A DNA stretch of 64,000 nucleotides, taken from contig CAWJEP010000005.1 of assembly GCA_963841935.1 (NCBI GenBank), positions 5,577 to 69,576 on the forward strand, read 5' to 3'. This stretch comes from an uncultured bacterium (GTDB taxonomy: Bacteria > Patescibacteriota > Minisyncoccia > Phycocordibacterales > UBA6065). Every line of letters starts with the position of its first letter. Within the stretch, counting starts at the first letter, position 1. The notes under the pieces are model-generated. The model made no database searches and had not been told where the DNA came from. It worked only from the letters and a program-made list of their open reading frames with translations. This document shows, one piece after another, positions 56,167 through 64,000 of this stretch. Position numbers and translations under genes: made by a program.

Positions 56167-57309
56167 TTATTTCCTGTCGCCGGCGTAGGAAAGTGTCATT
56201 TTCTGGTTGCTCGGGTCAAAGAGGGTGATTTTGAACGGATAGACTTTTCCGAGCTCGAGATTGGAGCGAAGTTTCTCTTCCGAGCCGAAATCGCTCACAT
56301 GGACGAGTCCGGCCACGCCTTCTTCGATAGAGGCGAGGGCGCCGTGTTTGTTGAACTTGATGATGACTCCGCGCACCGCCATATCTTTTTTGTATTTCGC
56401 CGCGGCTTCTTTCCAAGGATTTTGTTTGAGAGCTTTGAGCGAAAGGGAAATCTTGCCGTCTTTGATTTCAATGATTCGCACTTTCACTTTGTCTCCGACT
56501 TTCAGAAATAGTTTCGGGTCTTCGACAAGTCCCCAGTCGATTTCGGAAATGTGCACGAGCCCTTCGAGACCTTCGGCGATTTTCACGAACGCGCCGAAGT
56601 CCACGATGCCCGTAACGCTTCCTTCTATTTCGTCTCCGACTTTGTAGGTCGAAGTCATCTCGGCTTTCTCTTTGTTTTCCGTGCCTTTTTCCGAGAAGAT
56701 GAGTTTGCCTTCTTTCGGCAAGGCTCCGATGATGGTGAGCTCGAGGCGAGTATTGATGAGTTTCTTCAATTCATCCAATATTTTGTCTTTGTCGCCGTCC
56801 GGAACACGAGGATAATGTTCGGTCTTGAGCTGTGAAGCCGGAAGAAATCCGACGATGCCTTGCCACTCGACGATGAGTCCGCCTTTGTTGGCTTCTTTGA
56901 TGGGCAAGTCGAATACTTTTTTCTCGGCGATGGCTTGCTCGGCTTCGGTCCAGATTGCCGCGGTGCGGGCTTCTTTGAGCGAGAGCTCGACATAGCCGTT
57001 TTCGTTGCCCGCGTCGACGACTTTGGCGGCGACTTTGTCGCCGATATTTATTTTCTTGATAACATCGCGAGCGATGATGTATTCGCGTCCGTAAATGATG
57101 CCCGTGCCGTAAGGAGGCAAGTCGATATAGACCGCCGATTTCTCGATGGTGATGACCGGACCTTCGACAATGTCGCCGACCGACGGAGGCGTGATGCTTT
57201 CGGCAATCATTTTGCCCATCGGCGTGTTCTTCTTTGCGTCGGCCGCCGCTTCTAGAGCTTTGTCCGAAGCCTTCTTTTCCTTCTTAACCTTCTTTATTTT
57301 TTCTGTCAT
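56167..57309 (-). CDS. rpsA: 30S ribosomal protein S1 (4 S1 domains)
   Basis: Repeated S1 OB-fold motifs (GDIVEGPVI..., GDKVAAKVV..., VGDEIEGSVTGIVDFGAFVKI...). 380 aa. Confidence 0.8.
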   Translation of the reverse strand: MTEKIKKVKKEKKASDKALEAAADAKKNTPMGKMIAESITPPSVGDIVEGPVITIEKSAVYIDLPPYGTGIIYGREYIIARDVIKKINIGDKVAAKVVDAGNENGYVELSLKEARTAAIWTEAEQAIAEKKVFDLPIKEANKGGLIVEWQGIVGFLPASQLKTEHYPRVPDGDKDKILDELKKLINTRLELTIIGALPKEGKLIFSEKGTENKEKAEMTSTYKVGDEIEGSVTGIVDFGAFVKIAEGLEGLVHISEIDWGLVEDPKLFLKVGDKVKVRIIEIKDGKISLSLKALKQNPWKEAAAKYKKDMAVRGVIIKFNKHGALASIEEGVAGLVHVSDFGSEEKLRSNLELGKVYPFKITLFDPSNQKMTLSYAGDRK

Positions 57310-57496
57310 AAATGAAAAAAGCCTGAAATTTCTTTTCGCCAGTGTCTCGTTGCAATTGGCGCGCGAAAAGGGTTAATTTCTAGGAATTTTCTGATAAATA
57401 AACTAACGGAATGATGATAGTATGAAATGGAGGAGAAAGTAAAGAAAAGGCCGCGCCGCTTTGCGGCGCGGCCAAAATCATTTATACTCTACACCT

Positions 57497-58129
57497 ATGG
57501 TTATCACGCATTACGGGCAGGAATTTTTCAAAGTCGGATTCGGCGACATCACGCTCGCTTTAAATCCCATTTCCAAAGATTCGAAATTAAAGACGAGCAA
57601 GTTTGGCGCCGATGTCGCGCTTTCGTCCACGAACCATCCAGATATGAACGGCTTTGACCAAGTCTCTTTCGGCGAAAAGAAAGCGTTTGAGATTCGCGGG
57701 CCGGGAGAATACGAAGTCAAAGAAGTTTTCATAAAAGGTTTCGCGAGCGAATCGCAAGTCAGTGGCGAGAAGGGAATGAACACAATATATACGATTGAGC
57801 TCGAAGGAATGCATATTTGTTTCCTCGGCGCTTTGTCGAACAAAGATATTTCATCTGAAACTTTGGAAGCCATTGACGACATCGACATTTTGTTCGTGCC
57901 CGTCGGAGGCAAAGGCGTGCTCGCGCCGGCGGACGCCTACAAACTCGCGGTCAAACTCGAGCCTCGTCTCATTATTCCGATGCACTGGAGCGAGGACAAA
58001 GCGGCGCTTAAACAATTTCTCAAAGAAGCCGGCGAGGAAAACACGAAACCGGTAGACAAACTGACCTTGAAGAAAAAAGATTTGGAAGGCAAAGAAGGCG
58101 ATGTCGTCGTACTTGAGAGTGTCGCTTAA
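57497..58129 (+). CDS. MBL-fold metallo-hydrolase (Lactamase_B_3/UlaG-like)
   Basis: MVITHYGQEFFKV...ILFVPVGG...PMHW. ATG chosen at 57497. Confidence 0.55.
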   Translation: MVITHYGQEFFKVGFGDITLALNPISKDSKLKTSKFGADVALSSTNHPDMNGFDQVSFGEKKAFEIRGPGEYEVKEVFIKGFASESQVSGEKGMNTIYTIELEGMHICFLGALSNKDISSETLEAIDDIDILFVPVGGKGVLAPADAYKLAVKLEPRLIIPMHWSEDKAALKQFLKEAGEENTKPVDKLTLKKKDLEGKEGDVVVLESVA

Positions 58130-58136
58130 AAAACAA

Positions 58137-58370
58137 ATGCTAGATTTTTTGGAAAAATTGCGGAGGAAGCCGGTAAAGACTCGGAAGAAAATCGCCGCGG
58201 CCGTGACGGCAATTGTCGCCGTAATCATTTTCGCTTTTTGGCTCGGCGCTACCGTTTGGAAAATAAATCATCTTTCCGCGGCCGCGGCGGCGGGTACGGA
58301 CTCCATTTCTTCCGACATTTCCAATATGATACAGAGTGCCAAAACCAACGCTCCGGCAGTTTCTTTTTGA
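58137..58370 (+). CDS. Hypothetical small membrane protein
   Basis: Single TM (IAAAVTAIVAVIIFAFWL). ATG at 58137 inside ORF 58101-58370. Confidence 0.3.
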   Translation: MLDFLEKLRRKPVKTRKKIAAAVTAIVAVIIFAFWLGATVWKINHLSAAAAAGTDSISSDISNMIQSAKTNAPAVSF

Positions 58371-58422
58371 GTGGAAATATGATAGGATTATGAGACCAAA
58401 AGCCCTCGGGCTTATTTAATTT

Positions 58423-60912
58423 ATGGCAAAGGAAAAAGGGGAAAATCATGACGGAAAAAAGGGGAATTACGGCTCGCCCGTGGCGCTCAACCAGAACATC
58501 ACGCAAAGAAACATCGTGACGGAAATGCGCGAGAGCTATCTCGACTACGCGATGTCCGTCATCACGGCGCGCGCTTTGCCGGACGTTCGCGACGGACTGA
58601 AACCCGTGCACCGCAGAATTCTCTACGCGATGAACGACATCGGACTTACCGCTTCCGCGAAAACCAAAAAATCGGCAACCATCGTCGGAGACGTGCTCGG
58701 AAAATATCACCCGCACGGCGATGCGTCGGTATATGAAGCGATGGTCAAAATGGCCCAGCCGTTTTCGATGCGATATCCCATGGTCATCGGCCAAGGCAAC
58801 TTCGGCTCGATAGACGGCGACGGCGCGGCGGCATATCGATACACCGAAGCCAAAATGTCTCGCCTCGCCATGGAAATGCTTCGCGACATCGAGAAAGACA
58901 CGGTTGATTTTCGTCCCAACTACGACAATACGAAAAAAGAGCCGGTAGTTTTGCCGGCATCCGTTCCGAATCTTTTGTTAAACGGCACTCTCGGCATCGC
59001 CGTTGGTATGGCGACAAACATTCCTCCGCACAACCTCCGCGAACTTGTCGCCGCGACCACGCATCTCATAGACGAGAGCGACGCCACGACCGAAGACCTG
59101 ATGAAGTTCGTCAAAGGGCCGGACTTTCCGCTCGGCGGCACTATTTTCGACGAAAAAGAAATCCAGCACGCCTATGCCACGGGCAAAGGCGGTATCGTCG
59201 CTCGCGGCGACGCGGAAATTATCGAAACAAAAAGCGGGTCTTATCAAATCATTATCACCTCGATTCCTTTTCGCGTGGTCAAAGCGGACCTCATTATGAC
59301 AATCGCCGACCTTGTTCGCGAGAAGAAACTCGAAGGCATAAAAGAGCTTCGCGACGAATCGGCAAAAGACATCCGCGTGGTCATTGAGCTCAAAAACAAC
59401 GCCCATCCGCAAAAAGTTCTCAATTTTCTATACAAACACACAGCGCTCGAAGACACTTTCCACGTCAATCTCGTAGCTCTCGTTGCCGGCGTGCCGGAGA
59501 CTTTGTCCTTGAAATCCGTTCTCGAAGAATTCATCAAACACCGCGTCGAAGTGGTGAAACGCAGAACGACATTTGACCTCAAACAGGCGGAAGCTCGCGA
59601 GCACATCCTCCTCGGTCTCAAGAAAGCTCTCGACCACATAGACGAAATCATCAAACTCATTAAGAAATCAAAGGACGTCGAAGACGCCAAGCAGGGACTT
59701 ATGAAGACGTTTAAGTTTTCGCTTCTTCAGACGATGGCCATTCTCGAAATGCGTCTGCAGAAACTCGCGGGGCTTGAAAGAAAGAAAGTCGAAGACGAAC
59801 TGAATGCCGTCCAAGCGCTTATCAAAGAACTCAAAGACCTTCTCGGAAGCGCCAAGAAAATAAAAGAAACGATTAAAAAAGAACTGGCGGAAATCGCGGA
59901 GAAATACGGCGACGACAGACGCACGAAAATAGTCAAGCACGGTGCCAAAGTCATTTCCGACGAAGATCTCATACCGGATGTCGAAAGCGTTCTCGTCCTT
60001 ACACAAGGCGGATACGTGAAGAGAACGGCGCCGGAAGAATACAGGAAACAGAAGCGCGGTGGCGTCGGCGTCGTTGACCTTGATACCAAAGAAGAAGATT
60101 TCGTGACGAAACTCATCACTGCCTCGACCCACAACGATATGCTTTTCTTTACCGACAAGGGCAAAGCCTATCAGCTCAAAATGTACGAGCTTCCCGAGGG
60201 CCGCCGCGCCACGAAAGGCAAATCCATAATGAATTATCTTTCCATCGCCGCCGACGAAAAAGTCACTTCCATTCTTCCGATGCCGAAAGAATCAAAAGCC
60301 GCGGCGTCGCTATCTTTAATGATGGTGACAAAGCTCGGCACGGCGAAAAAAGTTAAAGCCGACAGTTTCCACGAAGTGCGCAGGAGCGGTCTCATCGCCA
60401 TCACGCTCGAAGCCGGCGACGAACTCATATCGGTATCTTTCGTTTCGAAAGGGGACAGCGCTTCCATCGTCACGACCGACGGCCAGTCCATACGATTTAA
60501 GGAATCCGACATCCGCGAAATGGGCCGCTCGGCAATGGGCGTGCGCGGCATTCGCCTCGCCAAAGGTGACAGCGTCATAAGCGCCGACATCATCACTTCG
60601 ACGGCGAAATCCGCGCGACTGATGGTCATTTCAAAAAACGGCTATGGCAAAACGACCAAAATGGACGAATATAAAATCCAAAATCGCGGCGGCTCCGGCA
60701 TCCTCACTATGAACGTCACGGCGAAAACCGGTCCGGTCATCTCGGCGAAAGTTATCACCGAAGAAGACAGCGAGCTCGTGGCGATGTCCAAGAAATCCCA
60801 AGTGGTGCGCGTGGAACTCTCCGAAATTCCGACATTGTCGCGTTCGACTCAAGGCGTGCGCGTGATGAAACTTCGCGAGGGCGACTCGCTCGCAAGTGTT
60901 GTGTGTCTTTAA
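58423..60912 (+). CDS. gyrA: DNA gyrase subunit A
   Basis: Intact 829 aa. Active-site region [18 protein letters not shown]-terminal beta-pinwheel repeats. Confidence 0.95.
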   Translation: MAKEKGENHDGKKGNYGSPVALNQNITQRNIVTEMRESYLDYAMSVITARALPDVRDGLKPVHRRILYAMNDIGLTASAKTKKSATIVGDVLGKYHPHGDASVYEAMVKMAQPFSMRYPMVIGQGNFGSIDGDGAAAYRYTEAKMSRLAMEMLRDIEKDTVDFRPNYDNTKKEPVVLPASVPNLLLNGTLGIAVGMATNIPPHNLRELVAATTHLIDESDATTEDLMKFVKGPDFPLGGTIFDEKEIQHAYATGKGGIVARGDAEIIETKSGSYQIIITSIPFRVVKADLIMTIADLVREKKLEGIKELRDESAKDIRVVIELKNNAHPQKVLNFLYKHTALEDTFHVNLVALVAGVPETLSLKSVLEEFIKHRVEVVKRRTTFDLKQAEAREHILLGLKKALDHIDEIIKLIKKSKDVEDAKQGLMKTFKFSLLQTMAILEMRLQKLAGLERKKVEDELNAVQALIKELKDLLGSAKKIKETIKKELAEIAEKYGDDRRTKIVKHGAKVISDEDLIPDVESVLVLTQGGYVKRTAPEEYRKQKRGGVGVVDLDTKEEDFVTKLITASTHNDMLFFTDKGKAYQLKMYELPEGRRATKGKSIMNYLSIAADEKVTSILPMPKESKAAASLSLMMVTKLGTAKKVKADSFHEVRRSGLIAITLEAGDELISVSFVSKGDSASIVTTDGQSIRFKESDIREMGRSAMGVRGIRLAKGDSVISADIITSTAKSARLMVISKNGYGKTTKMDEYKIQNRGGSGILTMNVTAKTGPVISAKVITEEDSELVAMSKKSQVVRVELSEIPTLSRSTQGVRVMKLREGDSLASVVCL

Positions 60913-60917
60913 TTTGA

Positions 60918-61167
60918 ATGTATATCAAAGTCCACGTTGGGACGAATTGTAAGGAAGAGAAATTTGAACAAAAGTCCGAAGATTCTTTTTTTGATTCACG
61001 TAAAAGAAAAACCGGAAAGGGGATTGGCGAACAAAAAAGTCGTGGAAATCTTGCGGAAACATTTCGGTCCGTCGACAAAAGCCATACGAATTGTCAGTGG
61101 TTACGATTCTCCGGCAAAACTCGTGTCGGTTGACCTTGTGGATGAATTAAAGACAAAAAAGACTTAG
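60918..61167 (+). CDS. DUF167/YggU-family small protein, one apparent frameshift
   Basis: MYIKVHVGTN... in frame 0 (60918), then ...KPERGLANKKVVEILRKHFG...IRIVSGYDSPAKLV in frame 1. Confidence 0.45.
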
Positions 61168-61176
61168 AATGGAGGA

Positions 61177-61707
61177 ATGTTCTCCAACCCAAAAGAAAAT
61201 ATAAGGCAGTTCGGACTCTCGGACGGGATGATTGTCGCGGATTTGGGAACGGGTTCGGGATTTTACGCCATCGAAGCGGGCAAAGCGGTGGCGCCCACGG
61301 GCAAAGTCTACGCCGTGGACGTTCAAAGAGATTTACTCGAGCGTCTGCGAAGCGAAGCCAATCGCGCCCACGTTCGCGACATCGAAATCATCCACGGCGA
61401 TATCGAAAAACTCGGCGGGAGCAAAATCAGAGAAGCTTACGTCGACCGCGTAATCGCCGCCAATGTTCTTTTTATGATTGACGACAAGAGAAATTTCATA
61501 AATGAAATAAAAAGAATACTGAAACCGCGTGGCCGATTGCTTCTCGTCGATTGGTCCGGCTCCTTTTCGCAAATGGGTCCGCATCCGGAACGCGTCGTTT
61601 ACAAAGACAAAGCTTTGAAACTTTTCACGGACGCCGGTTTCGCGGTGGAAAAGGAGATTTCGGCAGGTTCGCACCATTATGGTATGATTTTGAGGAAGGT
61701 TTCCTAA
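61177..61707 (+). CDS. Class I SAM-dependent methyltransferase
   Basis: VADLGTGSGFYAI (motif I), DRVIAANVLFMIDD and LKPRGRLLLVDW. Confidence 0.65.
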   Translation: MFSNPKENIRQFGLSDGMIVADLGTGSGFYAIEAGKAVAPTGKVYAVDVQRDLLERLRSEANRAHVRDIEIIHGDIEKLGGSKIREAYVDRVIAANVLFMIDDKRNFINEIKRILKPRGRLLLVDWSGSFSQMGPHPERVVYKDKALKLFTDAGFAVEKEISAGSHHYGMILRKVS

Positions 61708-61710
61708 TTT

Positions 61711-63018
61711 ATGAGTAAATTCCAAGTCATTCTTCTCGCCGTATTCGTACTTCTAGCCGTCATCGGCGTTTTCGTATTCGCCACCTCTTCCTCAAATCAA
61801 AGCGCCGCCTTGGTGCCCATCACAATCTGGGGCACGCTTCCGCAAGCCGATATGACGGCTGCAATAGACGATTTGGAAAACGCCGACAAGACGACTTTCG
61901 AGGCGAGCTACACTTACGTGGACGAAGCGGATTTTCAATCAAAGCTGGTCAACGCCATCGCCACGGGACAAGGACCAGACATAGTTTTAATTCCGCAGGA
62001 TATTTTCCTCTCGGTAAAAAATCTTCTTTACCCGATTCCTTACGCCGATTATTCGCAGAGACTTTTTGAAGACAATTTTGCCCAAGCCGGAGAAATATTT
62101 CTCGACCCAACGTCGGGTATTTACGCGTTGCCGGTAGCCATTGACCCGATGGTGATGTTTTGGAACAGGAATTTGCTTTCTTCGGCCGGCATCGCCCTGC
62201 CGCCAAAAACATGGACCGACCTCTTGGCCGAAGTGCCGAAACTTACGGCGAAAGACGCGAACGGCAACTTGACGGCTAGCGCCGTGGCTTTCGGCGAATG
62301 GACGAATGTGCCGCACGCTAAAGATATTCTCTCGATGCTCATGCTTCAAAGCGGCTCGCCGATAGTTTCGGCCGACCAGACTACGGGCAAGCTTTCCGCC
62401 GCGCTTCTTGAAAGTAATTCTTCCGGCATCATGCCGTCCGCCGAAGCCCTGAATTTCTTCACACAGTTCGCCGACCCGTCGAAAGACGTCTATTCTTGGA
62501 ATCGCGCCCTGCCGTCCGCCGACTCGGCGTTTCTCGCGGGGCAACTGGCGTTTTACTTCGCGCCGGCCAGCGAAACATCCACGCTGCGAGCCAGGAACCC
62601 GAATCTCAATTTTGACGTCGCGGAAGTTCCGCAGACCGGCACGACTTTGGCGGGAACTTTCGCCGATGTCTACGCTTTCGGACTTTTGAAAAGCTCACCG
62701 AATCTTTCCGCTGACATTTTGGACGCCAATCTTTTGACGGGAGATAAGGCCGCCGCGGATATATCCGCGGCGGCCGCGGTCGCGCCGGCGCGGCGCGACC
62801 TTCTCGCGCAGACTCAATCATCCGCCTATCAAGCTATTTTCTGGCAGTCCGCCTTGATTGGCGAAAACTTTCTCGACCCAAATCCCGTCGCGACAGACTC
62901 TTTGTTCGAGCAAATGGTAGAATCGGTGACATCCGGAGCCAAGAGCGCCGCCGACGCAGTAAACTCCGCCGATGGCTCTCTCGGAACGCTTATCCGCGCC
63001 GCCGAGCAATCTCAATAA
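61711..63018 (+). CDS. Extracellular solute-binding protein (ABC transporter SBP, family-1-like)
   Basis: N-terminal TM/signal. 435 aa. GQGPDIVLIPQD and WTDLLAEVPKLTAKD are typical of sugar-type SBPs. No permease or ATPase genes follow within the window. Confidence 0.55.
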   Translation: MSKFQVILLAVFVLLAVIGVFVFATSSSNQSAALVPITIWGTLPQADMTAAIDDLENADKTTFEASYTYVDEADFQSKLVNAIATGQGPDIVLIPQDIFLSVKNLLYPIPYADYSQRLFEDNFAQAGEIFLDPTSGIYALPVAIDPMVMFWNRNLLSSAGIALPPKTWTDLLAEVPKLTAKDANGNLTASAVAFGEWTNVPHAKDILSMLMLQSGSPIVSADQTTGKLSAALLESNSSGIMPSAEALNFFTQFADPSKDVYSWNRALPSADSAFLAGQLAFYFAPASETSTLRARNPNLNFDVAEVPQTGTTLAGTFADVYAFGLLKSSPNLSADILDANLLTGDKAAADISAAAAVAPARRDLLAQTQSSAYQAIFWQSALIGENFLDPNPVATDSLFEQMVESVTSGAKSAADAVNSADGSLGTLIRAAEQSQ

Positions 63019-63019
63019 T

Positions 63020-63523
63020 ATGAAAAACTTTTCCAAGAAAATTTGCGCAGGAATATTTGCTCTCGCGGCGGTTTTTCCTTTGTTGGCTTTTGCCCAATCT
63101 CAACCAATAGGTTCCAGTGATGCTACACAAAATAATTTTCAGCTCGTGCCGTGCGACGCTCCAGCCGTAAGTGTAAACGACGCGAACGGTAATCCCGTCC
63201 CGGTAACAACAAATCCCGTAACTGGCGCTGCGTCGACTCCGTGCACCTACAACTCTCTCATCACGACTATTCAGAGGTTTATAAATCTTTTACTTTACGC
63301 TTCCGGATTTATCGCTATCATTTTGGTGGTTTACGCCGGATTCAATTATTTAACCGCCGGCGGAGACACGGCCAAGGTAACCAAAGCGAGGAAAATAGTT
63401 ACCGCCGCGGTCATCGGCATGATTATCGCTTTCTGCTCGTGGCTCGTGGTCAATACCGTCGTCACTTCCGTTCTCAACCCGGACTTTGGCGGTGGCAATA
63501 TTAATCCATTATCACAACAATGA
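63020..63523 (+). CDS. TrbC/VirB2-like pilin-type small membrane protein (paralog 1)
   Basis: Signal peptide (AFA-QS), two Cys, then two hydrophobic helices separated by the short loop LTAGGDTAKVTKARK. Confidence 0.45.
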   Translation: MKNFSKKICAGIFALAAVFPLLAFAQSQPIGSSDATQNNFQLVPCDAPAVSVNDANGNPVPVTTNPVTGAASTPCTYNSLITTIQRFINLLLYASGFIAIILVVYAGFNYLTAGGDTAKVTKARKIVTAAVIGMIIAFCSWLVVNTVVTSVLNPDFGGGNINPLSQQ

Positions 63524-63897
63524 AAAAAATATTTATAACCAGTGCAATATTTCTTATGCTAGTTGTGCCTAGTTTATCTTTGGTCTACGCTCAAACCGGT
63601 TGCAACAGCTCAAACGGCAGCAATTGTGTCACTACCATTACCAACCCAATAAAATACACTAGTCTCTCTGCCATCGTCGGCGCCATACTTACCGGAGTCG
63701 AATACATCGGCGGTATTTGCTGCGCTCTTTGGATAATCTGGGGCGGATTTCTTTTCGTCAAAGCCCAAGGCAATCCTGACGCTTTGTCAGACGCCAAGAA
63801 GACTCTCTTGCACGCCGTCATCGGTACGGCTATTATTCTTGGAGCGGGAGCGATTCTCACCATTATACAAAGCACTATAACCGCGATAAAACCATAA
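63520..63897 (+). CDS. TrbC/VirB2-like pilin-type small membrane protein (paralog 2)
   Basis: Same architecture: signal peptide (VYA-QT), Cys pair, two hydrophobic helices with the loop KAQGNPDALSDAKK. Confidence 0.45.
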   Translation: MKKIFITSAIFLMLVVPSLSLVYAQTGCNSSNGSNCVTTITNPIKYTSLSAIVGAILTGVEYIGGICCALWIIWGGFLFVKAQGNPDALSDAKKTLLHAVIGTAIILGAGAILTIIQSTITAIKP

Positions 63898-63899
63898 TA

Positions 63900-64000
63900 T
63901 GCAAACAACATGTAACCTTTTAAGTATTCCTGACCTCATCACTTGCGTTATCATCATCCTCAATTCGCTCATTCCGCTCATCATCGCCCTCATAGTCGTC
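63900..64000 (+). CDS. Partial ORF for a further small hydrophobic protein (runs off the window end)
   Basis: MQTTCNLLSIPDLITCVIIILNSLIPLIIALIVV... Confidence 0.2.

Noticed and set aside
56056-56511. 151-aa plus-strand ORF preceded by GGAAGGAGG
   Set aside because: Entirely antisense to the well-supported rpsA gene. I treat the SD-like tract as coincidental.

Overview
This 64-kb window looks like part of a small-genome bacterium, possibly of the Patescibacteria/CPR type. That placement is an inference from gene content: a ValS lacking the C-terminal extension, two Wzy_C+TPR membrane proteins, tandem TrbC/VirB2-like mini-pilins, tRNAs interspersed with accessory genes, a secreted PLD nuclease and an S1 protease. 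Protein-coding GC is roughly 50%, and the genetic code is standard (no in-frame TGA in the intact large genes).

Layout:
(i) 1-12.5 kb is a cell-surface glycan locus. It holds FkbM-family and class-I methyltransferases, GT2, a GT4 fragment, two GT11 (alpha-1,2-fucosyltransferase-like) genes, a GT17-like gene, a Wzx flippase and a Wzy_C/TPR ligase. Almost all of these are interrupted by frameshifts.
(ii) 12.5-46.7 kb carries housekeeping genes: murB, secA, eno, obg, gatB, nrdA/nrdB, RNase P RNA, lepA, valS, tsaD, mgtA and mltG. Many of these are also interrupted by apparent frameshifts.
(iii) 46.7-64 kb holds a tRNA cluster, a PLD nuclease, an S1 protease, the minus-strand run trxB-ftsZ-ftsA-ybeY-rpsU-hisS(like)-lepB, then pth, rpsA, gyrA, a solute-binding protein and the pilins. 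This part is essentially intact.

I found six tRNAs (Gly-CCC, Arg-CCT, Phe-GAA, Ser-CGA, Glu-TTC, Val-GAC) and rnpB. There is no transposase, integrase, CRISPR array or rRNA.

The most unusual things, detailed below:
- a conserved 29-nt core sitting inside two different perfect 21-23 bp hairpins;
- an orphan GC3-rich ORF packaged as a self-contained promoter-leader-ORF-terminator cassette;
- a low-GC island with tandem paralogous surface proteins;
- a partial duplication of the tRNA-Gly 3' end;
- a perfect 19-bp palindrome in an AT-rich patch;
- a HisRS-like protein with degenerate catalytic motifs;
- a very uneven distribution of frameshifts.

All protein family calls are from motif recognition by eye. 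No database searches were run.
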